Shown one piece after another: positions 48,072 through 58,136 of a stretch of 64,000 nt of DNA. A program made the position numbers and the translations under genes. The first letter of the stretch is position 1. Each line of letters starts with the position of its first letter. This DNA comes from Anaerolineae bacterium (GTDB taxonomy: Bacteria > Chloroflexota > Anaerolineae > UBA1429). Below the pieces are notes generated by a model. The model ran no database searches and was not told the origin of the DNA. It was given only the letters and a program-made list of their open reading frames with translations. The stretch spans positions 736,001-800,000 of the forward strand of contig OY776562.1 of NCBI GenBank assembly GCA_963675785.1. Direction: 5' to 3'.

Positions 48072-49559
48072 CTATTCCTGGTCGAACTCAACCTTGTCGT
48101 CGGTGCGTTGTTGCCAACCACGAATGAGTTCGCGCATGGCGGCGATGCGCTCTTTGTGTTCGGGGCGTTTCACCAGATTGATGGTCTCTCCAGAGTCCAC
48201 AGCGATGTGATAGAGCTCGCTTTCACCGAGGGGGCTCCAATTGTACTTCCAACCGTCGGGGGTGATGACCGTACGCACCGGATCGCCCAGGGCGGCGATA
48301 ATCTCTTCTTCAGTGGCCATCTCTTTCCAGCAATCGAGCAAACTGGCCTGACCGACGATATCGCCAAAGCCGTTGTTCAGTCCGCTCCACTCGATAAAGA
48401 TGTTCTCTTCAGCAGGGGAGGCGCCTTGCAGCACCGGCAACAAGCTATTGCCCTGCATGGTATCGGGTATGGCTTGGCCCATGGCATCCAGCAGCGTGGG
48501 GATGACGTCGATCTGGCTGACCGGCGCTGCTACGTGTTTGCCACCGCTGGCCAACCCCGGAATGCGAATCATAAAGGGCACTTGTACGGCCTCTTGGAAC
48601 ATGGTGCACTTGGCCAGTAGCCGATGGCTGCCCATCATATCGCCGTGGTCGCTGGTGTAAACGATGATGGTGTTATCCATCAGCCCCTGCTTTTCCAGCT
48701 CTTGGAGAATGCGACCCATGTGGGTATCCACCAGGCTGTTCAGCCCCCAGTAATGAGCGATCATGCGCTTCCAGTCGGCTTCAGAACGTAGTGGCAGGCC
48801 GCTGTGTCCCTCCTCGTAATAAGCCTGACGGAACAGGCGCGTCTTGAGCGGGTTGGCTTCATCGAGGACATGGTAAAAGTTACGTGGTACTGGCATGTCT
48901 TCGGGCGGGTACTGGTCATCGCGACAAGAGAAAAAGGGCATGTGTGGCTCTAAAAAGTTCACCCACAGTGCAAAGGGCTGCTCGGCGTTATCGCGGATGA
49001 ACTGCGTGGCCTCGTTAGCGATATAGGCCGGTTTGCTAAAGGCTTCTGGCAATCGGGCAGACATGCCGCGGCTAAAGGTTTTGTGGCCACTGGCCGATTC
49101 GCGGTCAGGCTCAAACCCGGCATCGAGCAAAAAATCATGATAGGTCGAATGGGCTGACTTGTCGCGCTTGTCACTGTAATACTTGCCGTATTCGTCTTCA
49201 ACGCTGCGCCAGTCGTCAAAACCATGCTGACGGAATATTTCGTCACCCAAGTGCCATTTGCCGTAATAGGCGGTGCGGTATGCGCTCCAATCCGCCAATT
49301 CGGGGAAACAGGGCACCTCGTCGGGCAGGGCAACATTGTTCTCAGTGCAGCCGTTGGTATGGGGATACAATCCGGTGAGCAGCGTGGAGCGCGAGGGTGT
49401 GCAAACGGGCTGGGTCACATAGGTATTGTCAAAGATGACCGAGTCCTCGGCCAGTCGGTTCAGGTTAGGCATACGGATCTGTGTATTGCCATAGGCAGCT
49501 AGTGTAGCAGTAGCCTGTTCATCTGTGAAAAGAAAGAGCAAATTAGGTCTCGTGGCCAT
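48072..49559 (-). CDS. Cys-type sulfatase (S1)
   Basis: RPNLLFLFTDEQ, CTPSR, GKWHLG and TSDHGD motifs. Confidence 0.95.
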   Translation of the reverse strand: MATRPNLLFLFTDEQATATLAAYGNTQIRMPNLNRLAEDSVIFDNTYVTQPVCTPSRSTLLTGLYPHTNGCTENNVALPDEVPCFPELADWSAYRTAYYGKWHLGDEIFRQHGFDDWRSVEDEYGKYYSDKRDKSAHSTYHDFLLDAGFEPDRESASGHKTFSRGMSARLPEAFSKPAYIANEATQFIRDNAEQPFALWVNFLEPHMPFFSCRDDQYPPEDMPVPRNFYHVLDEANPLKTRLFRQAYYEEGHSGLPLRSEADWKRMIAHYWGLNSLVDTHMGRILQELEKQGLMDNTIIVYTSDHGDMMGSHRLLAKCTMFQEAVQVPFMIRIPGLASGGKHVAAPVSQIDVIPTLLDAMGQAIPDTMQGNSLLPVLQGASPAEENIFIEWSGLNNGFGDIVGQASLLDCWKEMATEEEIIAALGDPVRTVITPDGWKYNWSPLGESELYHIAVDSGETINLVKRPEHKERIAAMRELIRGWQQRTDDKVEFDQE

Positions 49560-49624
49560 ACAAAACAACCTCCTTATAGCGTTCATGCCGTCAGATTACC
49601 CGCACACGCTTTTTGTCGCAAGTG

Positions 49625-50548
49625 TCATTCAGGTAAATGCCGGGCAATTCTCTCAAACAAGGCAATAGATTGCTCCATCACATAGCGATCTCGCCAGGCA
49701 TAGGTCTCCTGGCTCTTGCGTGAGGCAGTTTGCATAGCTACACCCTGCATACGGATGCGTTCCTTGGCCGAAGAGGGATACTGATAGCCCACATAACTGT
49801 CGGCCACACTGAGCAGATTTTGCAGCGATTCCGCTTCTTGCGGGTGCGAAGCATAGTGGCTGCACAGCCAAACTAATAGTTTGGGGAACACGTTGGCGGC
49901 CGTGCCGCTATAGCCGCTGCCACCAGCGCGCAATGAGGCTAGCAGAGTGGCGGTGTGAGCATTGTAAAAGCCCAATCCGCTTCCCTCAATGGCTTCCAGC
50001 TTTTGCAGGATCGTTGGCAGATGAGCGCAGGTGTCTTTGGTAAAGACGAATCTGCCCGTGCTGGCTACCCATCCCAAAAGCTCTGGTGAGAGCAAGCGGT
50101 GGTAAGGCACAGGACATTCGTAAACGCCCAGACGCACGTCATTTGGCATGAGTGAGAGGTACTGTTCCATGGCAGCCTGCCATTGGCATTCGTCGGCCTC
50201 GGGCCCTACCAGTTGGTTGGCGATGACCACCACCGTATTGACACCCGTATCCGCCATGCACCGCGCAAACTCAGCCTGCTGGGTGATACTGCCTGCATAC
50301 ACTGCGCCAGCCGCGACGGGCACTCGTCCTCCTGAGGCCTTGACGACGGCATCGGCCAATTGCAGTCGCTCCTCGGGTGTTAGTTCGTACATCTCACTGG
50401 AGAGACACACGGTAAATAAACCCGCCACGCCCTGTTCGATGAACCACTCGGTCAACCGAGCGGCACCATCCAAATCGAGGCGTCCATCGTCATAAAAAGG
50501 GGTAACCATGGTGGGCCATACGCCCCGCCATGATGAGTCAATCTCCAT
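49625..50548 (-). CDS. Dihydrodipicolinate synthase-family aldolase/dehydratase
   Basis: GVWPTMVTPF, YECP (Tyr) and FTKDT (Schiff-base Lys) motifs. Start at 50548 after GGAGG. Confidence 0.88.
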   Translation of the reverse strand: MEIDSSWRGVWPTMVTPFYDDGRLDLDGAARLTEWFIEQGVAGLFTVCLSSEMYELTPEERLQLADAVVKASGGRVPVAAGAVYAGSITQQAEFARCMADTGVNTVVVIANQLVGPEADECQWQAAMEQYLSLMPNDVRLGVYECPVPYHRLLSPELLGWVASTGRFVFTKDTCAHLPTILQKLEAIEGSGLGFYNAHTATLLASLRAGGSGYSGTAANVFPKLLVWLCSHYASHPQEAESLQNLLSVADSYVGYQYPSSAKERIRMQGVAMQTASRKSQETYAWRDRYVMEQSIALFERIARHLPE

Positions 50549-50660
50549 CGCGAACCCTCCATTGATGCGCTTGCCCGGCAGGGTGGCAGTGTATATCATG
50601 AGGATTGTTGGGTCAATGCGATCAGGCCCTTTGGGGTCGTCAGATAGGAGTTGATTCCTC

Positions 50661-51614
50661 ATGAAGATAGTTGTGCTTGATGGTTATGGCATGAATCCCG
50701 GCGATATGAGCTGGCAGGGTTTGCAAGACTTGGGCGATCTGACGGTGTACGATCGCACTGCTGCGCAGGATACCCTGGCGCGTTCGGCAGGCGCTAATAT
50801 TCTTTTAACGAACAAGACCGTGCTGACGCGCGAAATCATGGCGCAGTTGCCCAATCTCAAGCTCGTGAGTGTGTTGGCTACAGGCTATAACGTGGTAGAT
50901 GTTGTCGCCGCTCGCGAATTGGGCATTGATGTGTGCAACGTGCCGGCTTATAGCACGCAATCTGTCGCTCAAACCGTCTTTGCGCACGTGCTAAATCTCA
51001 CCCAGCATGTGGGGCATCATGCTGACACCGTGCGTGACGGCAAGTGGTGCACCAGCCCGGATTTCGTCTACTGGGATTACCCCCTCATCGAACTGGACAA
51101 CCTGACTATGGGCATCGTCGGCTTTGGTCGCATTGGCCAGGAGACGGCTAAATTGGCCCTCGCTTTTGGCATGAAGGTGCTGGCTGCCAATCGCTCCGAG
51201 GTCGTGAATCCACCCAAGGGCGTCACCATGGTCGATCTAGAGACGGTGTTCCGTGAGAGCGACATTATCAGCTTGCACACACCACTCACACCGCAAACCG
51301 AGGGCATGGTGAACAAGGCGTTGCTGGCTACCATGAAGCCGACGGCTTTTCTAATCAACACCAGTCGCGGCCCCGTCATTGTGGAACAGGACCTGGCCGA
51401 TGCCCTCAATGAAGGCGTTATCGCCGGTGCTGGTCTGGATGTGCTCTGCAAAGAGCCGGCGGATTCGGCCAATCCTCTGCTCGGGGCCCAAAATTGCTAT
51501 ATTACCCCACATGTGGCCTGGGCGACTACTGCAGCGCGTCGACGATTGATGGATGTGAGTATAGCCAACGTCAGGGCCTTTATTGCGGGTAACCCCATTA
51601 ATCTGGTGAACTAG
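50661..51614 (+). CDS. D-2-hydroxyacid (glycerate/hydroxypyruvate) dehydrogenase
   Basis: VVLDG..NPGD, GFGRIG, INTSRG, GLDV and TPHVAW motifs. Confidence 0.93.
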   Translation: MKIVVLDGYGMNPGDMSWQGLQDLGDLTVYDRTAAQDTLARSAGANILLTNKTVLTREIMAQLPNLKLVSVLATGYNVVDVVAARELGIDVCNVPAYSTQSVAQTVFAHVLNLTQHVGHHADTVRDGKWCTSPDFVYWDYPLIELDNLTMGIVGFGRIGQETAKLALAFGMKVLAANRSEVVNPPKGVTMVDLETVFRESDIISLHTPLTPQTEGMVNKALLATMKPTAFLINTSRGPVIVEQDLADALNEGVIAGAGLDVLCKEPADSANPLLGAQNCYITPHVAWATTAARRRLMDVSIANVRAFIAGNPINLVN

Positions 51615-51620
51615 TATCAC

Positions 51621-51657
51621 AAAAAGGACCTGCTCCATTTTGGGAGCAGGTCCTTTC
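51621..51657. terminator. Bidirectional terminator
   Basis: AAAAAGGACCTGCTCC, loop, GGAGCAGGTCCTTT. Confidence 0.85.
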
Positions 51658-51679
51658 TCTTTGCCTGGGCTTTAACGGT

Positions 51680-52054
51680 TCACCAGGGCAGCATACTTGT
51701 GAGGATGGCCGGATTGGCGATATACGCAATCAGCCAGATCGCCACTTCGACGCCCATGGCGAGACCAAAGCGCTTGAAAAGCTGCCCTACAGTCTTGCTC
51801 TTTTCAAGATAGTTGTTACCCCAGATCGACATGCCGAGCCATGCTGCACCAAAGATGATGGCTCCGAACTGGCGTGTGGTTACCAGACGGTATTTGTCAG
51901 TAACACTCTCAGTGGCTTCGCCAGATTGAATAGCTATGCCGATCACAGAGAATATGGTGTCGACTGGAATGAGAAGCGTAAAGGCACCGACTGAGGCAAA
52001 GACCCAGAGGAATGTTGCGAGTATGGACAACCATGTGTTCTTATCTTCTGACAT
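51680..52054 (-). CDS. Small hypothetical membrane protein (about 3 TM)
   Basis: AGGAG RBS; three hydrophobic segments. Confidence 0.7.
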   Translation of the reverse strand: MSEDKNTWLSILATFLWVFASVGAFTLLIPVDTIFSVIGIAIQSGEATESVTDKYRLVTTRQFGAIIFGAAWLGMSIWGNNYLEKSKTVGQLFKRFGLAMGVEVAIWLIAYIANPAILTSMLPW

Positions 52055-52103
52055 ATCTCGATAACTCCTATTGATAGATTGGTTCAGGAATGAATCCTGT
52101 GTT

Positions 52104-54932
52104 CTATTCTCGCGTTCCCAGCCGTAGTGCTTCGAATACGCGTGTCTTGATGAGACGATAAAGGATGAATCCTTCGATAGCCAGCAGGCTGACGGCCATA
52201 ATCACAGCCATCCAGGTTGTCGCGCTCCAATCAACATACGGTGTAAATGGTGGAATGGGCAGGGTAGTGCCCTCGCTTAATGGGAAATAAGGCACATACA
52301 GTGTGGCGCCCGCAATACCTACAAAGGCACCAACTAGCATACCATATAACAAGGTAATCACATATTCAATCGATACCATGGCTACAACTTCGCGCCGTTT
52401 TAGCCCCATAGCTTGAAGTACGGCAAACCGATAGGTTCGTCCTGCCATAGAGGCTGTGTTATAGATCAATAATCCGCCGCCAGCAAGAACAGCACTGGCA
52501 ATAAAGCTGATGCTAAACAACCCAAAGAGACCTACGCGCTCGAGTCGGTCTTTGTCTTCTACCAATAGCGAGTTGAGCTCTTTCGCCTTGAGCGGCTCGA
52601 TACCCATCGCACGAACTTCTGCCAGCACTGTTTCTGGATCTGCCCCCGGTTCCAAGTCTAGCCAGATATTATGGGGGAACTCTCCACCTGTGATCATTAT
52701 CATATAATCCAGGCTGGCAATCAAAGTGTAGCTGTTGTCTTCAGGATAGACGGTTGGCCAATAATCATAGGTGCCGATGATGGTAAAGGGTATCTCGATA
52801 TAAAAGTCATCGATGAGGACGTTAATAGTGATCTCGTCCCCTTCTTCGAGTCCCAATAGCTCGGCGGGTTCGCTGGGCAAGATCACGCCATCTGATTGAA
52901 TGGCCAGCGCATTCATCATTTCGCCCAGTGATTGCTCGGCATAGTCATCTCGGAAGTAAATGACGCTTGGCAGTGTGTACCGCTCGACAGCCATGATCTC
53001 AAGGTTGACTCGGTCGCCGGTTACCAGCGTGGTGCTGGCTGTATACTGGCCGACGCGCGATGCACTTTCAACACCTTCGAGAGCCGCATAGTCAGAGGCA
53101 GGGAAAAGCCAGGCCATATCGCTTTGGGTAATGCCGAGACTGCCTTCGCTGTCTTCTTCTTCCTCAATACCGGGCTCAAAGGTCAAATCGGCGCCTACCT
53201 GATATTGCAGCCGGTCTTCCAGCCAAATATCGGCGCTCATGGCCAAAGAGGCATAAAAGACGCCCAATCCCATACAGAGCACCAGCAGGTAAATAGGTGT
53301 TCGATATTGACCGCCTTCACGCCCGAGGCTCAGGCAGCCGAGATATGCAGTGATGGATTTGAACCCCTTGCCCAAAAGCGCCAGAGGACGCATCAAAAGA
53401 GCAAAGAGCTCCGAAGCCCATAGCGGCGCGACGAACAAAAAGAGTGTTGGTGCTAATAAAAGGAGTGGGTCGGCCAGGGGATCATCGCTTTGCCACCCAG
53501 TGATGCCGATCATACCGCGCTGTACCAGTTGTCGGTAGGCGTAGGCTGTAACCAGCGTGATGAACAGCATCCCCAGTATCTTGCCGACATTTTTGAGCCC
53601 TTTGCGTCTGGCAGTGGATTGCTCAAAGGCCACAATGCTGTAATTGGCCGAGATAAACGAGGGAATGATTCGCGCAAGCAGGTTGATGCCTACGGCTGCC
53701 GCAACGAGTTCCCAATTAACCGAAGCAAGGTGCACCTGTAGCGGATCTCGTTGGATAAAAGCCATAAAGCCCTGAGAGTAACCGAGAAGGCGTGCTAAAA
53801 GAAGCCCAAGCAAAATGCCTAACGGCACAGCAATCACTAGAACGATAAGCGTCTCGATCAGCGTAATCCAGATGATCTGCGTTCGGCTCGTTCCTCGGCT
53901 TACTAGCACAGCCGTCTCCTGAGCTTGGAACCGAACAACCATCGTCGATATGGCTGCAATGAACAGGATTAGAATGCCTACCAGCGGGACGCTAAAGCCC
54001 AGCAGAAACACGGAAAGCGAACTTTTGCGCTCTTGGCCAGAAAGGAGCTCGTCAGTTGGCGCATAGTCCATCTTGCCACTTGGCAGCCGGGTAATGACTT
54101 CTTCTTCGATCAGAGCAAGGCCATCGAGATACTGTTGTGCCTTGTCCAGTGTCATTCGGGAATCATCCAGAACATAATACCAGAAATCAAAGCCTGTGCC
54201 TTCGGGGGCAATCGGCAGAATGAACTGATTGTACTGATCGTTGGTTGTCGAAAGAGCCTGCCTAAAAAGTTCGTTCGGGTTTCGATACCAAAAGGCATCA
54301 GCCTCATCAAGAGGTTCCCAGAATCCAGCAATGATGATACGTGTCGGCGTCTCGTTGGCACTAAAGAAATAAGCCAACTCATAGTACTCGCCGACATTGA
54401 TACCGATGCTGTTAGCCAAAGAGGGCAGAATCCACACGTTTAACGCGTTTGGATCCATCACCTCACCAAAATCATTGCCTTCTACAATCTGGATATAGTC
54501 GGCAAAGTCGTCGGTCACCACCACCTGTGTCGTAGCCAGATCTGTACCAGTGTAGTGAATGTCATCCTGAGTGGGGCGCATGTGCAGTGTGGGACTTTCG
54601 CTCTGAGCATAGATCATGGTAACGGGAAGCCCCACTTCACGCTCGAGCATGTCGGCCAACCAGTCCCTGGTATAGTCGGCATCATCCAGTGTTATGGGCT
54701 GACGAGACCGTGGCAAACAATAGTAGCGCACCGAAAAGGGTGGTCGATTTAGTTCCTTGGTCTTTTCGGCCAGCTCTTGCTGCATGATACGCATACTGAC
54801 CGCGCCTGAAAATGCGGGAATACACACCATGACGCCCACGGTCAGGGCCATAGCGAGAATGAGTACGATGTTCAAAAATGCCTTGTTGCGAAGCCGCTTG
54901 AGGGCAACGCCAAGAAATGCGGTTCCCTTCAT
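52104..54932 (-). CDS. FtsX/MacB-type ABC transporter permease
   Basis: Two FtsX-like repeats (E.AVL.SRG.SR and FAVLQAMGL.R) with large extracytoplasmic loops. Confidence 0.88.
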   Translation of the reverse strand: MKGTAFLGVALKRLRNKAFLNIVLILAMALTVGVMVCIPAFSGAVSMRIMQQELAEKTKELNRPPFSVRYYCLPRSRQPITLDDADYTRDWLADMLEREVGLPVTMIYAQSESPTLHMRPTQDDIHYTGTDLATTQVVVTDDFADYIQIVEGNDFGEVMDPNALNVWILPSLANSIGINVGEYYELAYFFSANETPTRIIIAGFWEPLDEADAFWYRNPNELFRQALSTTNDQYNQFILPIAPEGTGFDFWYYVLDDSRMTLDKAQQYLDGLALIEEEVITRLPSGKMDYAPTDELLSGQERKSSLSVFLLGFSVPLVGILILFIAAISTMVVRFQAQETAVLVSRGTSRTQIIWITLIETLIVLVIAVPLGILLGLLLARLLGYSQGFMAFIQRDPLQVHLASVNWELVAAAVGINLLARIIPSFISANYSIVAFEQSTARRKGLKNVGKILGMLFITLVTAYAYRQLVQRGMIGITGWQSDDPLADPLLLLAPTLFLFVAPLWASELFALLMRPLALLGKGFKSITAYLGCLSLGREGGQYRTPIYLLVLCMGLGVFYASLAMSADIWLEDRLQYQVGADLTFEPGIEEEEDSEGSLGITQSDMAWLFPASDYAALEGVESASRVGQYTASTTLVTGDRVNLEIMAVERYTLPSVIYFRDDYAEQSLGEMMNALAIQSDGVILPSEPAELLGLEEGDEITINVLIDDFYIEIPFTIIGTYDYWPTVYPEDNSYTLIASLDYMIMITGGEFPHNIWLDLEPGADPETVLAEVRAMGIEPLKAKELNSLLVEDKDRLERVGLFGLFSISFIASAVLAGGGLLIYNTASMAGRTYRFAVLQAMGLKRREVVAMVSIEYVITLLYGMLVGAFVGIAGATLYVPYFPLSEGTTLPIPPFTPYVDWSATTWMAVIMAVSLLAIEGFILYRLIKTRVFEALRLGTRE

Positions 54933-54985
54933 GCTGAAAACTTGCCTTTCTCGCTATGGCACTCGACAGTTGTTATTTTGCTATC

Positions 54986-56479
54986 CTAGCGTTCGAGAAT
55001 AACTGAGCAGACAGAGCCTGCTGGCATTGTCACAACCCAATTATCGCCATCCGTGGTTGCCTTGGTACATGCTGGTTTGACGCTCTCGGGATTCTCAAAG
55101 CTGTTGTAAGCGTGAATATCACCGGTGCCCAACATAGTCGCGGTGGCTTTATTGAATTCGCCAAGGCTAACCGAGCTCAGTTTGACATCGACGGCTTCGG
55201 TGGCGCTGAGGTTTGCCAGCGTTACCAGCAGACGCTCACCCTTGATAGAGGCCGAAGCAGATACGAGTTCGATATCGCCCGGCTCAGCCTTGGTGGCGCA
55301 GCCAGCCATGGGCGAATCCACCAGAGCTCTCAGGCTTTTGGCGCCTTGATGGCCGGTGTACATAGCATACACGTGATAGGTGGGCGTCAGTAGCATCTTG
55401 GCGCCTTGCGTCAGAATCATCGCTTGGAGCACGTTAACAATCTGGGCAATGTTGGTCATCACCACTTTGTCAGCGTGGCGATTGAATGTATTCAAAGAAA
55501 GTGCAGCCACTATGGCGTCGCGCATGGTGTTCTGCTGATAGAGGCCGTAATCAGGAGCCCCCTCTTCAACGGGATGCCATGTGCCCCACTCATCGATGAT
55601 CAGGCCGATTTCACGCTTGGGGTCATAGCCGTCCAATACGGCACGCTGCTGAATGATCAGGTCCTCGATGACGGTGGCCCGTTTGACCAGCTGATACCAC
55701 TGGGCCTCATCGTACTCGGTGGCTGTTCCGGCTGTCCCGCAGTAATAGTGAGCAGCAAAGCCGTTGACGCGCGGGTGATGCCACACAGAAGAAAGGTTGT
55801 CCATAAACCGGCGGGTCCAATCGGGGTTATTGCCGTTGGGGCCGCAGGCAATGAGGAATAACTTGGTGTCGCTCATGTCATGCATAAAGGTGGAATACTG
55901 CCGGTATTTGGCAGCATATTCGTCGGGGGTCATGTTTCCGCCGCAGCCCCAGTTCTCGTTTCCCACACCCCAGTACTCGACGTCAAAAGGCTCCGAAGAA
56001 CCGTTTTCTGCACGTGTTTCTGCCAGAGTAGAGTCACCGGGATAGTTGCAATACTCGAGCCATTCGCGCATCTCTTGGGGAGTAGCGCTGCCCATATTGC
56101 CGCACAGATAGGGCTTGGCGCCAATCAGTTCGCACAGACGAATGAACTCATGTGTCCCTACGGCATTATCATCGATAACCTTGCCCCACCAGAGGTTAAT
56201 TGTCTTGGGGCGATCTTCTGCTGGCCCAATGCCATTACGCCAATGATAATCATCCGCATAGCAGCCACCCGGCCAACGCAGCACCGGCGGCTTGATCTTG
56301 CGCAGCGCTTCAACGATATCCGTTCGCCATCCATCGATATTGGGAATCGGCGATTCGGGCCCTACCCACATACCATCGTAAATGCAACGCCCCAGATGCT
56401 CAGCAAAGTGGCTGTAGATTTCAGGGCGGATCGTTGCGATGGGCTCATTGCCCAGAACCGTAACTGTAGCTTGCGCCAT
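54986..56479 (-). CDS. abfA: Alpha-L-arabinofuranosidase, GH51
   Basis: FAEHLGRCIY, RWPGGC, GVGNENWG, IDEWGTW and AQIVNVLQ motifs. Start at 56479 after GGAGG. Confidence 0.93.
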   Translation of the reverse strand: MAQATVTVLGNEPIATIRPEIYSHFAEHLGRCIYDGMWVGPESPIPNIDGWRTDIVEALRKIKPPVLRWPGGCYADDYHWRNGIGPAEDRPKTINLWWGKVIDDNAVGTHEFIRLCELIGAKPYLCGNMGSATPQEMREWLEYCNYPGDSTLAETRAENGSSEPFDVEYWGVGNENWGCGGNMTPDEYAAKYRQYSTFMHDMSDTKLFLIACGPNGNNPDWTRRFMDNLSSVWHHPRVNGFAAHYYCGTAGTATEYDEAQWYQLVKRATVIEDLIIQQRAVLDGYDPKREIGLIIDEWGTWHPVEEGAPDYGLYQQNTMRDAIVAALSLNTFNRHADKVVMTNIAQIVNVLQAMILTQGAKMLLTPTYHVYAMYTGHQGAKSLRALVDSPMAGCATKAEPGDIELVSASASIKGERLLVTLANLSATEAVDVKLSSVSLGEFNKATATMLGTGDIHAYNSFENPESVKPACTKATTDGDNWVVTMPAGSVCSVILER

Positions 56480-56800
56480 ATATTTTAGACCTCCAAGATA
56501 CGCATAATGGCGGCATCCTATCACGGTAGTTTGTCGGTGTCAATCACAGCAGTTGAGCCTAACTTACGATGAAAAATCTTAACATTCTAGCATCACTCGG
56601 ATGTCAACCAGGGCCCGGTGATCACAGATGTTTACATGTGATGTCCGGATGACAAAATTTACTGGTATCAGTCGATCCCTTAACTTCATGCTTGTAAGCT
56701 CCTTGTTCAAGAAAACCTTGCCTCACTTTAACATTGGGCATACAATGTGCCAATCAATAGAATACGCATAACGGAATTAACGTATACAGAGGAGTTCGCC

Positions 56801-57493
56801 ATGGCCGAAATACAGGACTCTCCCGAGCGTATGACCCGCCAGCAAGAGGCCTATGATTTTATGCGTGACAAAATCACCAGCCTCATGCTCAGGCCTGGCG
56901 AATATGTGACCGACATAGAAGTCGCTGACGAACTGGGCATGAGCCGCACGCCAGTACGTGAGGCCTTTCACCGCCTCGAGAACGAGGGCCTGCTCATCAA
57001 CGAGGCCCGACGAGGTTGGCGCGTCTATTCACTCAGCCTAAAAGACATCCACGAGATATTTGATGTCAAGATCGCCATCGAATGTATGATATCGCGTCGC
57101 GCAGCCGAGTGTGCCGCTACTCAGCGATGCACGGGAATGGACGAGGCCGTGGAACTCATGCGCCTGGCCGCTTCCACTGATGATGTGAACGCTTGGGTCG
57201 AGGCCGATGTAGCTTTTCATACCACCATATTTCGTATGGCAGGCAACGAACGCGCCGAACGCATCGTCGCCAATCTCAATGACCAGTGGCACAGATTGCG
57301 CGTGCGCTACAGTTCTCTGCATCGGCGCATGGGTGGTTCAGTGGTCGAGCACGAGCGCATCGGTGAGGCCATAAAGGCCGGGGATGTTGAAGCCGCCGAA
57401 GAGCGTACGCGTGAGCACCTCACCAACGTGCGCGACGATCTGCTCGACTTGGTGTCCAACTTGTTGTTGCCCTTTGCCCAGAACGGGGTATAA
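56801..57493 (+). CDS. GntR-family regulator (FCD domain)
   Basis: LGMSRTPVREA wHTH; FH and EH...H FCD motifs; divergent from the GH51 gene. Confidence 0.93.
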   Translation: MAEIQDSPERMTRQQEAYDFMRDKITSLMLRPGEYVTDIEVADELGMSRTPVREAFHRLENEGLLINEARRGWRVYSLSLKDIHEIFDVKIAIECMISRRAAECAATQRCTGMDEAVELMRLAASTDDVNAWVEADVAFHTTIFRMAGNERAERIVANLNDQWHRLRVRYSSLHRRMGGSVVEHERIGEAIKAGDVEAAEERTREHLTNVRDDLLDLVSNLLLPFAQNGV

Positions 57494-57525
57494 CTGGCGC
57501 CTTTGTAAGGAGACGGGGTGAGAAC

Positions 57526-58062
57526 ATGCCTAACAGAGCGCAACGAGTGTTTGCCCAGGCCCAACAGAGGCTGGATACTGATTCTTGTTCGGCCTTGATC
57601 AGCGCAATCGGTTTACCGGAGGACAAGGCGTCGCCTGCTAAACAGGCGAGCTATGTACGTTTGCTGTTGCTCAATCTGCAAGAGACACGGGGCAAGGATG
57701 TGTGCGCGACTGTCATGCGGCCTTGTGGCCATATTTGCATCTCTAACCACACAATCAAACAGGCCCAAGCTCTATATATCTCCTGTGGGGGCGACATGAA
57801 CCTGTTGCTCGACAAACTAAACGAGCGAAACATCGGCGGTGGACATCTCTATCTCGATGACCATCGTATCATGGCGAGCTATGATCGATGTTATTGCGGC
57901 ATTGCTAGGGCAGCCCAAGATATGCCAGTGGTCTATTGCGAGTGTTCAGCAGGGTGGTACGAGCGGCTCTTTTCCTCTGTTTTTGAACGAGAGGTGCGAG
58001 TCAATATCCTGCAAACGATTCTGGCAGGTCAAGATAAATGTGCCTTTGAGATCTTGCTCTAG
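57526..58062 (+). CDS. Cys-rich hypothetical protein (DUF6144-like)
   Basis: CGHIC, CYC, YCECSAG and C-terminal CAF pattern. Confidence 0.65.
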   Translation: MPNRAQRVFAQAQQRLDTDSCSALISAIGLPEDKASPAKQASYVRLLLLNLQETRGKDVCATVMRPCGHICISNHTIKQAQALYISCGGDMNLLLDKLNERNIGGGHLYLDDHRIMASYDRCYCGIARAAQDMPVVYCECSAGWYERLFSSVFEREVRVNILQTILAGQDKCAFEILL

Positions 58063-58080
58063 CTACTTGGTATTTTACAT

Positions 58081-58117
58081 AAAAGGCTCCGCTTGGTTTT
58101 GCCAGGTGGAGCCTTTC
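58081..58117. terminator. Bidirectional terminator
   Basis: AAAAGGCTCC, loop, GGAGCCTTT between convergent genes. Confidence 0.7.
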
Positions 58118-58136
58118 TGTACAAACAAGAATTGGG

